Below are positions 15,599 through 24,944 of a DNA stretch of 64,000 nucleotides, one piece after another. Made by a program: the position numbers and the translations under genes. The stretch lies in assembly GCA_963169645.1 (NCBI GenBank), contig CAUJCO010000007.1, positions 162,737 through 226,736 of the forward strand, in the 5' to 3' direction. Each line of letters opens with the position of its first letter. Position 1 is the first letter of the stretch. Below the pieces are notes generated by a model. It had not been told where the DNA came from. It did no database searches and was given only the letters and a program-made list of their open reading frames with translations. Source of the stretch: Bacteroidota bacterium. GTDB lineage: Bacteria > Bacteroidota > Bacteroidia > Chitinophagales > JADIYW01.

Positions 15599-17374
15599 AT
15601 GAATAGATTCTACAAGCTTTTTATTATTTTCTTTATTGTTAATTCAGTTAAATTCAGAGCGTTCAGTGCTAATGAGTTCTACAATTATGGTGCCTCTGTT
15701 ACTCTAAACCAAGGCAGTGGTGATGCTAATCCGGTTTTATATATCAATGGTAGTCTTGTTAATAATGATGGCGTTTTAAATAATTCCAACAGTTTTCTGC
15801 AAATAAACAGTGGAAATTTTGCCAATAACGTTAGCACCTATTATTATCAATCTACAGGCAAAGAAGTATTTTCCGGCACAACAGATAATACGATTAGTGG
15901 CACATGGAATGGTACAACACTAAACCGCAATCAATTTTATAATTTAAAGGTTTACAAAACAAGTGCAACAGGAGAAACCGTTATTTTAGGTTCAGTTAAT
16001 GGTAATTCCGTGAATGTCAATGCAGCAGGAACGTTAGAATTTACCGGCTCTAATGGCATTATCAGAACGCAAACTACATCTGCAGGTTCTCCATATAGTG
16101 GAAATTACACGAACGAACTTTATATTCAAAACCCATCGGCTTCCGCAATAACCGGGCATAGTACAGGCAGTGGTGCTACAACAAAATATATAGAAGGAAA
16201 ACTAAGACGACAAGTAAACGGAACAGATACGTATTTCTTTCCGATTGGTGTATCAAAATCGGGCTTAGATGGTATGGAAGCAATTTCCATTAATATGAAT
16301 GCACTTTCCATTGCCGATGGTTCTACCGGATTATTAGGCTATATACAACCGGCTGCTACGCCAAGCATAAATAGTGACTTAATTAGCAACGGTGGCATAT
16401 TATTTTATGATATTGGTGGATTTATAGGAGCAAATAATAATTTCTCCCAATGTGTTGGCGGACCGGATGGACACGACGATGTTGCTGTCATCAATCAAGC
16501 AATTACACACGAATGGATAGTAACGCCTAATGTAGCTCCAACAAGTGTAAGTTATGACCTCACCGTTTTTCCGGGAAGTAATTTAGACAATATAACCTAT
16601 GCTGCTATGGGCACACCTTGCGATGATATTTATACACAAGCAAAATACTTGGCAAGAGATGGAAGAATTGGAGGCAACACAGCAGTAGGACCAACCGTAA
16701 ATTATTGGGTTCCGGGAGTCTATGGTTTATACCAATCTCCTACCGGAAACACAATTGCCGGACAAAATGGGTTTTCAAGATTTAGGCTATTTGGTGCAAC
16801 CGACAACAATACATCACTTCCAGTTGAATTGGTCAGTTTTATATTAACACCTATCAAAAATGAATATTTTGAGCTCAATTGGCAAACAGCCTCTGAACTA
16901 AATAATGCCGGATTTTATTTACAACGAAGCACTGATGGTACCAATTTTGAAGATATAGGTTGGATTGCCGGAAATGGAACAAGTACTTCAATAAATAAAT
17001 ATAGTTTTAATGACAAGAATGTAGAAGTCAACGTTGGCTATTATTATCGTCTGAAACAAATTGATACAGACAATTCGTTTAATTATTCCAATGTGTTATT
17101 TGGTAAATTAATTGGCAATCATTTCGACGTCTTAAATATCTATCCAAATCCGGCTTCAATTAACCCGACAGTTACTGTATTTTCTCCCATAGAGGATCAT
17201 GTTGAAACAACGATTATGGATGTTTTAGGTCGAAAAATCAAAGTTCAATCAACTAAAATAATAAAAGGTAATAATAGTTTTGATTTAACAATAGAAGATT
17301 TAGCTTCAGCTACCTATCTTATTAAATTCCAATCCAATAACACAACCATAACTAAGAAATTTGTAAAAAAATAA
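15599..17374 (+). CDS. Secreted protein with T9SS C-terminal sorting domain (function unknown)
   Basis: Signal peptide. Internal LPVELVSF...WQTASELNNAGFYLQRSTDG...YYYRLKQIDTDNSFNYSNV domain. C-terminal IYPNPAS...MDVLGRKI...TYLIKFQSNNTTITKKFVKK. Confidence 0.8.
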   Translation: MNRFYKLFIIFFIVNSVKFRAFSANEFYNYGASVTLNQGSGDANPVLYINGSLVNNDGVLNNSNSFLQINSGNFANNVSTYYYQSTGKEVFSGTTDNTISGTWNGTTLNRNQFYNLKVYKTSATGETVILGSVNGNSVNVNAAGTLEFTGSNGIIRTQTTSAGSPYSGNYTNELYIQNPSASAITGHSTGSGATTKYIEGKLRRQVNGTDTYFFPIGVSKSGLDGMEAISINMNALSIADGSTGLLGYIQPAATPSINSDLISNGGILFYDIGGFIGANNNFSQCVGGPDGHDDVAVINQAITHEWIVTPNVAPTSVSYDLTVFPGSNLDNITYAAMGTPCDDIYTQAKYLARDGRIGGNTAVGPTVNYWVPGVYGLYQSPTGNTIAGQNGFSRFRLFGATDNNTSLPVELVSFILTPIKNEYFELNWQTASELNNAGFYLQRSTDGTNFEDIGWIAGNGTSTSINKYSFNDKNVEVNVGYYYRLKQIDTDNSFNYSNVLFGKLIGNHFDVLNIYPNPASINPTVTVFSPIEDHVETTIMDVLGRKIKVQSTKIIKGNNSFDLTIEDLASATYLIKFQSNNTTITKKFVKK

Positions 17375-17381
17375 AAATTGT

Positions 17382-18740
17382 ATGATAAAGAAATTTACAT
17401 TATTAACAGCAACATTATTCGTATTAAGTTATGCCAATGCACAAACAGGAAATGTAGGAATTGGAACAGCAGCTCCGGATGCTTCCTCTGTATTGGATAT
17501 AACTTCGACTGATAAAGGTTTATTGATTCCGAGAGTGGCATTAACCGCAACCAATGCAGCCGGACCAATTACGTTACCTGCCTCTTCTTTATTAGTGTAT
17601 AATACTGCAACAGCAGGTACAGCACCGAATAATGTAACGCCGGGATATTACTATAATGCCGGTTCTACAGGTTCTCCTAATTGGAAACGTTTAACTGTAA
17701 AAGCGAACAATGGGTTATCCTTAAATTCTGACGATAATGTGCAATTAGGTGGTGCTTTAATCCAGCCTACTATCATTTCTGGGTTAACTGCTACTAACAC
17801 CATAAGTTTTACAGGAACAGGACAAAATGCATTTAGTGTAGATGGTTCAACTTTTTCTGTTGACGTTTCCAACAATCGAGTTGGTATTGGAACTACTGCT
17901 CCTGATAATACATTAACAGTAAACAATGCAGGTACAACAGGAAGCAATACTTCTTCATATCCACTGGGAATTCAACGAGCAGGTTCTACAGATTTAACAT
18001 TAGGCTCTGATGCAAATTATGCTTTTTTCCAGTCTTGGAATAGCAAACCACTTTTAATAAATGCACAAGGCAATAATGTAGGAATAGGTACTTCTTCTGC
18101 ACCTAAAGAAAGATTACATATCGATGGCAATGTATTGTCTAATAAAAATTATATTGCCACACAAGGCATCGTTACCGGTAAAATAGAACGAATAGTTGGC
18201 CCAGGCACTGGTGCAGATAACCAATGGCATACTGTAGAGCTTAGCAATGGATATGGTGGCACTACAATTTCCGCTTATGCTACCGGTTCTTACTTAGATG
18301 GCGAGATTAAAATACAAGGTGTAGATATATCCGATTTATTAGATAATTCAACAATAGGTTGGTACACAACTGATGCAGGAAATACATGGAAATCAGTTTC
18401 TACAACAAAAGATGCAAGTTCGGGACTTACTGGTGATTCTAGAGGTTATCAAGTTTATTGTCCAAATGATTATATTGCAACCGGCTGGCAGGTTTATGCA
18501 AACTCTCAATTAGACCATTATCTAAAACTTAGATGTACAAAACTTAAATCTGCTTATGGTACGGTTGAAATCACTGAAGGCATAGAATCTGTCTTGAGTA
18601 GTCCTCGAAATACAGGAGATAATATTACACATTTTAGTGCTTGTCCGGCAGGTACTTTTATCAAAGGACTAAGCATTTATGCTAATACTTATTTAGATGG
18701 AAACCTAACTGTAGGGTGCACCGGTATTAAACTTAAATAA
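17382..18740 (+). CDS. Secreted QTGNVGIGT-family protein (long mosaic form): N-module + middle module + double CPxG...C C-module
   Basis: YANA|QTGNVGIGT. Residues 21-100 match 13889-15223, residues 122-241 match 18752-20278, and residues 230-452 match 202-936 and 978-1760. It starts 7 nt after the T9SS-CTD gene. Confidence 0.9.
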   Translation: MIKKFTLLTATLFVLSYANAQTGNVGIGTAAPDASSVLDITSTDKGLLIPRVALTATNAAGPITLPASSLLVYNTATAGTAPNNVTPGYYYNAGSTGSPNWKRLTVKANNGLSLNSDDNVQLGGALIQPTIISGLTATNTISFTGTGQNAFSVDGSTFSVDVSNNRVGIGTTAPDNTLTVNNAGTTGSNTSSYPLGIQRAGSTDLTLGSDANYAFFQSWNSKPLLINAQGNNVGIGTSSAPKERLHIDGNVLSNKNYIATQGIVTGKIERIVGPGTGADNQWHTVELSNGYGGTTISAYATGSYLDGEIKIQGVDISDLLDNSTIGWYTTDAGNTWKSVSTTKDASSGLTGDSRGYQVYCPNDYIATGWQVYANSQLDHYLKLRCTKLKSAYGTVEITEGIESVLSSPRNTGDNITHFSACPAGTFIKGLSIYANTYLDGNLTVGCTGIKLK

Positions 18741-18751
18741 ATAAATATGTT

Positions 18752-20278
18752 ATGAAAAAAATATTAATCATCATACTTTTCTTAGGAAAAATATATAGTT
18801 TCGCACAAACCGGAAATGTAGGAATTGGTACGGCTGCACCGGATGCTTCCTCTGTACTAGATATAACTTCAACTGATAAAGGCTTATTGATTCCAAGAGT
18901 AAGTATTGGAAATGTTTCTACTTTTGGACTTTCCGGTAGTACAAATACTGCAGGTATGATAGTTTATAATACCAATGCGAGTATTTCAGGTGGTTATGGT
19001 GTAGGTTTTTATTTTTGGAATGGTAGTAGTTGGCAGAAATTAAAACAAGGTGCCCCCATTAATGCCCAAAATGCTATAAATCTAAATACTACTACACCAA
19101 ATGCATCTGCACAATATCCTTATGTAGAATTAGGCGGTGCGTTAGTTCGTCCTACAGTAATTAGTGGCTTAACATCAACTAACACTTTAAGTTTTACAGG
19201 AACAGGACAAAATGCATTTAGTGTAGATGGTTCTACTTTTTCAGTTGATGTTTCCAACAATAGAGTTGGTATTGGAACTACTATACCATCCAACACACTT
19301 AATGTTAATAATGCAGGTACTACAGGAAGCAATACAGATTCATATCCTTTAGGAATTCAACGTTCAGGTGCTACTGATCTAACTTTAGGTAGCGATGGTT
19401 CTTATGCACTTATGCAATCTTGGAACGGAAAACCATTGTTAATAAATACACAAGGTAATAATGTTGGAATTGGTACTACTTCTGCTCCGAGTAAATTAAC
19501 TGTAAATGGCACTATTGAAGCATTAGACTTTACCGGAGCCAATGGAAGAAATATAATAGTTGGTGATGATGCTTTTCTTTCTGATGTAGATGCAGCAAAT
19601 ACCATTGGTTTAATTAGTATGACAAATGCAACTTTAGGTACATTAAGATTAGGAAATAACAGTGCTGCCAATATAAATGGAATGAATGGGAATTTAGGTC
19701 TTAAAACGACCACAAATGTACAAGAAGTCAATATTGGAGGTAGAATGTATATTACCAATGGTGTAATTCAGACTGGTGGAACAGCCGTTACAGGAACTTC
19801 CGATTTAGGTTTATATTCTAGAACATCCGGTAACTACATACGAATTGTAACGAATAATGCACCTGTAAACTTTTATTCTGATGACAATACAGGAACTAGC
19901 ATAAATGTATCCATTACCAATACCGGCGTTTTAGAAGCACAAAAAGGATTTAGAACTGAAAGACATATCAGATTCTATAGAAGAAGTAGAGGTAACAATG
20001 GTGGTGGTGTAGATAATTTAGGAAATTATGATTTTTGCTATCTAGCCGGAGTTGCATTTAGAAACTCGGATAGTGTATCAGATGAAGATGATGATTACCA
20101 ATGTAATGTGTATTCGCAGGATATTAATGGAAATGCTGATTATGATGAAGGAGAAAATACGGATTACTCAGCAAATTTTGGTTACACAAGCCGTCCTTAT
20201 TGGAGAATGTACTCTGAATGTTATCAAGATTGCTCGAATTCAACTTGCACTGCCATCTGTATCAATTTTGATTACTAA
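18752..20278 (+). CDS. Secreted QTGNVGIGT-family protein (long form, acidic Cys-rich C-terminal head)
   Basis: YSFA|QTGNVGIGTAAPDASSVLDITSTDKGLLIPRV is identical to 17382-18740. It has the shared middle module. The unique C-terminus contains DEDDDYQC...ECYQDCSNSTCTAIC. Confidence 0.9.
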   Translation: MKKILIIILFLGKIYSFAQTGNVGIGTAAPDASSVLDITSTDKGLLIPRVSIGNVSTFGLSGSTNTAGMIVYNTNASISGGYGVGFYFWNGSSWQKLKQGAPINAQNAINLNTTTPNASAQYPYVELGGALVRPTVISGLTSTNTLSFTGTGQNAFSVDGSTFSVDVSNNRVGIGTTIPSNTLNVNNAGTTGSNTDSYPLGIQRSGATDLTLGSDGSYALMQSWNGKPLLINTQGNNVGIGTTSAPSKLTVNGTIEALDFTGANGRNIIVGDDAFLSDVDAANTIGLISMTNATLGTLRLGNNSAANINGMNGNLGLKTTTNVQEVNIGGRMYITNGVIQTGGTAVTGTSDLGLYSRTSGNYIRIVTNNAPVNFYSDDNTGTSINVSITNTGVLEAQKGFRTERHIRFYRRSRGNNGGGVDNLGNYDFCYLAGVAFRNSDSVSDEDDDYQCNVYSQDINGNADYDEGENTDYSANFGYTSRPYWRMYSECYQDCSNSTCTAICINFDY

Positions 20279-20307
20279 TTAGTTTCATTTTTACATTACC
20301 AATTCGA

Positions 20308-21705
20308 TTGAAACGTTTTTATTTATTTATATTTCTTGTCTGTACACAAATTGTAAGTGTAAAAGCTCAAAAATTACATCTCGCTTTCAGTGACAGTATT
20401 ATAGAAAAACCATTTAATATTTGGATTAAAACATATAACAATGGCGTTTTTTCAATTAAAGATTCCTTTCTTGTAACTAACGAGAACAAACAAAATATCT
20501 ATTTTAATTTGCCCAATTATATTGGCTATGTCGAGGTTGTAAAAGACAATAAAAATGCTAATAACGGAATTGGTATTTTATTCAATCCGAATGAAAAAGA
20601 GGCTATTTTTTTGTTTAATCAAGAAGATATAAAAACGAATAATTTTCTGTTTAAAAACTCACTTGATAATATTCGATATAATTTAATGATCGAATATATG
20701 GATAAATTCTTTCAGAGATTTGGTGCCTTGCGTAAAGAAAGAAATACTTTAAATCCATTTGATTCTATATATCTCAATAAAGTATTGCAAAATGAATCCA
20801 ATCAAGATGCACTTTATGCGGAAATGAATTTAATTGTCGATTCTATTTTAAAAGTCGATACTGCTTTATATACAACTAAATTAGCCAATTTATTAAAAAC
20901 TCCTTGTAGCACTTCGCTCCCATCTTACAAAAAATACTTTGATAATTTTAATGCTTTATTGCATTATCACTTGTTTGATTATGTCGATTTCACTGATGAA
21001 CATATCATCAATCATCCATTTTTTTACGATAAAATTGATCAATATTTCAATTTATATTGTAATGCAACTAATATCCAAAATGGCATCGATATACTTATGC
21101 AAAACGCTTCAAAAAATGAAAAAGTAAAAGAAGTTGTCATTAATTATTTAGTCAGTTATTTCTTATTAAATAAGAATGATGAATTGGTCGCTTATGTGTA
21201 TGAAAAATACGGAGAATTGTGCAGTATAAATTTAGGCGCTAAACAAATGAAAGAATTTTCCAATATTGTGCACACACAAGTTGGTTCAACAATTCCGGAT
21301 ATTGTTTTATACGATTCAAAAAACAATATGCAATCTTTGCTTCAAACGGCATCAAAAAATAAATATACTATCGTATATGTTTGGTTGTCGTCTTGTAGTG
21401 CTTGTAATACCAAAACACCCAAATTATCGGAAGAAGCCAAACCATATTTAAATAAAGGATTGAGTGTATTTTCCATTTCGTTAGACGATAAAAAGGACAC
21501 TTGGTTTGAGTCCATTTTAAAATATCAAACGGATAAATGGATAAATGTTGCTGAATTAGTTTCTTTACAAAACTCATCAATTTTACCTAAACTCAATATC
21601 AGAGCAACACCAAAATTATTTATTATAGACAACAAAGGAACGATAATAGCCAAAGACATATACCAAGATGAATTAAATTCCAAACTAAAATCTTTGTTCA
21701 AATGA
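20308..21705 (+). CDS. Exported TlpA-like thioredoxin-fold thiol-disulfide oxidoreductase with a long N-terminal domain
   Basis: TTG start, signal peptide SVKA|Q. The C-terminal thioredoxin fold carries the redox motif WLSSCSACN (CxxC). Confidence 0.7.
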   Translation: MKRFYLFIFLVCTQIVSVKAQKLHLAFSDSIIEKPFNIWIKTYNNGVFSIKDSFLVTNENKQNIYFNLPNYIGYVEVVKDNKNANNGIGILFNPNEKEAIFLFNQEDIKTNNFLFKNSLDNIRYNLMIEYMDKFFQRFGALRKERNTLNPFDSIYLNKVLQNESNQDALYAEMNLIVDSILKVDTALYTTKLANLLKTPCSTSLPSYKKYFDNFNALLHYHLFDYVDFTDEHIINHPFFYDKIDQYFNLYCNATNIQNGIDILMQNASKNEKVKEVVINYLVSYFLLNKNDELVAYVYEKYGELCSINLGAKQMKEFSNIVHTQVGSTIPDIVLYDSKNNMQSLLQTASKNKYTIVYVWLSSCSACNTKTPKLSEEAKPYLNKGLSVFSISLDDKKDTWFESILKYQTDKWINVAELVSLQNSSILPKLNIRATPKLFIIDNKGTIIAKDIYQDELNSKLKSLFK

Positions 21706-22187
21706 AATTTTTATTATCTATACTAACCATTTGCTATCTTATACCATTTCAATTAAGCGCATCTGATAATTCAATTTCAACAATAACAAGCATTTCAAAA
21801 AACGAATTTGATAAAATAAAAAACCCGAATATTGGTCAAATCGTTTTAATAAAAGAAGAAGCAGCACTATATTATTTCAATGGAAAATATTGGATGAAAC
21901 TTAAAGGCGAATGTTTTCCTGAGCCTATATCTCCAAATATTGATAGCATAGTTGTGTCGGATAAAAATGTACTCTTTTATTTCAATGATGAAAAGAAAGC
22001 AACACAACAATATCTCATAAAAAATATGGATTCCGACAATGAATATTTAGTAAAAGAAAGTCCAGCAAAAATCAACTTAAATCTTAAAAAAGGATTTTAT
22101 AACTTCAGCATTTTAGGTAAAAATGAATGTGGAATTTCCGGTCCTCGTTCATCAAAAAGTATTGAAATTATTGAGGAACAAAAGTGA
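21702..22187 (+). CDS. Hypothetical exported protein
   Basis: 161 aa with a signal peptide and an ATGA overlap with the upstream gene. No recognisable motif. Confidence 0.55.
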   Translation: MKFLLSILTICYLIPFQLSASDNSISTITSISKNEFDKIKNPNIGQIVLIKEEAALYYFNGKYWMKLKGECFPEPISPNIDSIVVSDKNVLFYFNDEKKATQQYLIKNMDSDNEYLVKESPAKINLNLKKGFYNFSILGKNECGISGPRSSKSIEIIEEQK

Positions 22188-22214
22188 TAACCTACGCTAT
22201 AATTTTCAACAAGC

Positions 22215-22646
22215 TCAGCTAAGCAGATTTCTGAATGCACTATACATCAACACGGCGAAGCCGCCAACTTCTCCAATTATTAAAAGATACATTCCATACG
22301 TGGTAATTAAATTGCGGTGCTTAAATTGATTTTCCGTATGTTTTGTAATTCCTAAAATGATATACGTAACGATGGCACTTCCAAAAAATAAAATTGGAAT
22401 TAGCACAGCAAGTATTTCTATGGTTTCTGACAAGGTGCTTAATCGTGCAAACTCTTTTAGTACTAAACAAGCAAAAGCGTACATCAATGCTGCACGATGT
22501 GCGATGTCAATATATATATGCGTTTGATGTGTCGGACTTTTCATGATACTGAAATATTTCCAAATTCCGGTTAATAAACCCATCATAAAATAAATTCCAC
22601 AAGCTATTACAGCAACAATTTCAGCAGGTTGTAAGTTTGTTTGCAT
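22215..22646 (-). CDS. Small integral membrane protein (4 predicted helices), unknown function
   Basis: 143 aa with four hydrophobic segments. Confidence 0.55.
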   Translation of the reverse strand: MQTNLQPAEIVAVIACGIYFMMGLLTGIWKYFSIMKSPTHQTHIYIDIAHRAALMYAFACLVLKEFARLSTLSETIEILAVLIPILFFGSAIVTYIILGITKHTENQFKHRNLITTYGMYLLIIGEVGGFAVLMYSAFRNLLS

Positions 22647-23093
22647 ACATCAAAAATTTGTTCGTAAATGTAAGCTTTTAAAACTCATTATTACTTAATT
22701 TAAGATAATAGCTGTAGCAAAAACAATTTTAAATTTGAAGATAAAAATTTAAGTTATCCTATTTTACAAATAGATTTCGTACCTACAATTCAATATTACG
22801 TAGTGTATTTAAATCACATTAAAAATCTATTAACCAAATAGAATCTTTTATACCATAGCTACAATTTCTAATTCAGGCAATTTTATTCTAGTAATGTTTG
22901 TAATAATCGGCTTTCGCTTCATCATCATTTATGATGGCTTTATATATGCCGTAGATTTTTTTTGCAAGTAATCATTTCTATAAAAAACAACCATTCATAA
23001 ATCCAAATAAACATTTCATAAATCCAAATAACCAAATAACAGTAGAAGTTAGACCTTTGTATCATATTTATTTATCAATAAAACAAAAGTCAA

Positions 23094-23504
23094 ATGAAAA
23101 AACTAACAACAATTTTTATGTTATTCATGGCAGTTGCAATGATTACATCATGCGGAAAAGAAGAAAAAGAAACAGAAAAAGAAAGAGTTCTAAAACTACT
23201 TACAAGTGGTAATTGGTACTACGTAAATTTTGAAAATAATAAAACAGGTTATGAACAAGACTGTTTTGATAATACAGATTATTGGGAGTTTGAAGCTAAT
23301 GGAAATTTAGAGGACAGCTGGGATTTTGGTAATGGAACTTATACCATTAGCGAAGATGGTAAAACAATAACAGCAACAATTGGCGATGGTACGTTTACAA
23401 TTTCAAACATTACAATAACAGAAACTGATTTTTCATTTAATATGTCTAATTCAACGTATTATTTTGATTACACTTTGTCTAAAACAGCAGGTAGTTGCTC
23501 TTAA
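23094..23504 (+). CDS. Small lipoprotein (lipocalin-like)
   Basis: Lipobox MITSC|GKEE. 136 aa. Confidence 0.6.
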   Translation: MKKLTTIFMLFMAVAMITSCGKEEKETEKERVLKLLTSGNWYYVNFENNKTGYEQDCFDNTDYWEFEANGNLEDSWDFGNGTYTISEDGKTITATIGDGTFTISNITITETDFSFNMSNSTYYFDYTLSKTAGSCS

Positions 23505-23544
23505 TTGGCTATTTTCAACTTAAACACCTTGTATAATAAATAGT

Positions 23545-23578
23545 ATGATGCCTAAAATTATTTAGGCATCATTTTTTT
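23545..23578. terminator. Terminator hairpin between convergent genes
   Basis: 12-bp stem atgatgcctaaa/tttaggcatcat followed by T7. Confidence 0.75.
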
Positions 23579-23603
23579 ATATGAAGTAATAAATATAGAA
23601 CCG

Positions 23604-24362
23604 TTATTTCGAAAAAGATTGGGAAAAAGATTCAAATAGTTTTTTTGTTACACGATGGTTGAATATTTTTTCATCTAAGCTGCTCACCCACCGAATTCCA
23701 CGAACAGCATTGGTTACAAATAGCTCATCTGCTTGATATAATTCCGAAACGGTAATTGATTTTTCTTCAATTGCATATTCCGGAAACTTGGATAAAATAT
23801 AGGCTCTGCATACGCCAGAAACCGGAGCATCTTGTAATGGTGGTGTAAATATTTTATCATCTTTCACCATAAAAATATTATAAATAGAAGTGTCAGCTAC
23901 TACTTTATTTTCATTCAAAACAATGGCATCATCAAAGCGGTTACTGCGTGCATACGCGGCCGCTGCATCATAGATTGTTCTGTCGGTATGTTTTAAATTA
24001 GCAAAGGCATCTATCATTTTAAATTGCTTAGGCAAAAGCGTTAATTTCAATCCATCTTCCTTCCAAACAAAAGTAGTTTCTTCTAATGGTTTTAAAGTAC
24101 AATTCCATTTTAATGTTGCAATATCGGGCATGTAATTGTGTGCTCTATTTTTTTGGATTTCCATTCGAAGTCTAAAATTCTTGAGTTGTTTCTCGATACA
24201 TTCATATTTTAAAAGTCGAGCAATTCTATCTTCAATTTGGTATGGATTGGTTGGCACATTCAACAATTTTAAACTATTGCATAAACGTTGCACATGCCCT
24301 TCTTTCAGTACGAGTTTACCGTTTACAACTTTAATAGTTTCTATCAATCCGATGGGCTGCAT
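23604..24362 (-). CDS. Class IV aminotransferase-fold enzyme, probable aminodeoxychorismate lyase
   Basis: 252 aa with the family pattern NLKHTDR (PLP Lys), NIFMVKDDKIFTPP, GVCRAYIL and ELFVTNAVRG. The symbol pabC is not asserted. Confidence 0.6.
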   Translation of the reverse strand: MQPIGLIETIKVVNGKLVLKEGHVQRLCNSLKLLNVPTNPYQIEDRIARLLKYECIEKQLKNFRLRMEIQKNRAHNYMPDIATLKWNCTLKPLEETTFVWKEDGLKLTLLPKQFKMIDAFANLKHTDRTIYDAAAAYARSNRFDDAIVLNENKVVADTSIYNIFMVKDDKIFTPPLQDAPVSGVCRAYILSKFPEYAIEEKSITVSELYQADELFVTNAVRGIRWVSSLDEKIFNHRVTKKLFESFSQSFSK

Positions 24363-24458
24363 AAGTGTACTAAATATAAAGAACTCCGTTGAAAAACGGA
24401 GTTCTTTATCAGTAATATTAAATGGAATTTAATATTGAGATGGAATTAGATATTATGA

Positions 24459-24926
24459 TTAGTTTGTTTTTTTATAAACATTCCAACCATAATCTGCTGT
24501 GGCGTTATCAGCAGGTCGTTTAAAATTCTCTGCTTCCGTTTTTCCATTTACACACTCATGTTTGTAAATAGTAACAGATGAATCCGTCACATCTTTAAAA
24601 AACATTACAAAATAAACGTTACTTTTAGATATCGAGCCACCTTTTCCAATTGTAATAAGTTTTAAACTATCCGGTTCGTAACTGTGTAATATTTGTGTAT
24701 AAGAAGTATTGTAAACAAATCCTTCCATTTTATACAAGATAGAATCCGGATAGAAAGTATGCGTAGAAGTTTGTGAACCGATTCCGGGAATAGTAAATTT
24801 CCAACTATACGCACCGGAGAATGGAATTTTATTCGTATTCTTTTCTTCTTCTATTATTTCTTCTTTCGTACAACTAAAAAACAGAAGCGTAAAACTCAAT
24901 AACAATAATACAGATGTCGGTTTCAT
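24459..24926 (-). CDS. Small lipoprotein, last gene of the TonB-receptor operon
   Basis: Lipobox LFFSC|TKEE. 155 aa. Confidence 0.6.
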   Translation of the reverse strand: MKPTSVLLLLSFTLLFFSCTKEEIIEEEKNTNKIPFSGAYSWKFTIPGIGSQTSTHTFYPDSILYKMEGFVYNTSYTQILHSYEPDSLKLITIGKGGSISKSNVYFVMFFKDVTDSSVTIYKHECVNGKTEAENFKRPADNATADYGWNVYKKTN

Positions 24927-24944
24927 AAAAATAGCGTTTGAATG

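Noticed and set aside
13889-20278. Diversity-generating retroelement or inverton-type phase variation acting on the QTGNVGIGT family.
   Set aside because: No reverse transcriptase, template repeat with adenine-specific differences, site-specific recombinase or promoter-flanking inverted repeats were seen. The shared blocks look like ordinary paralog mosaicism.
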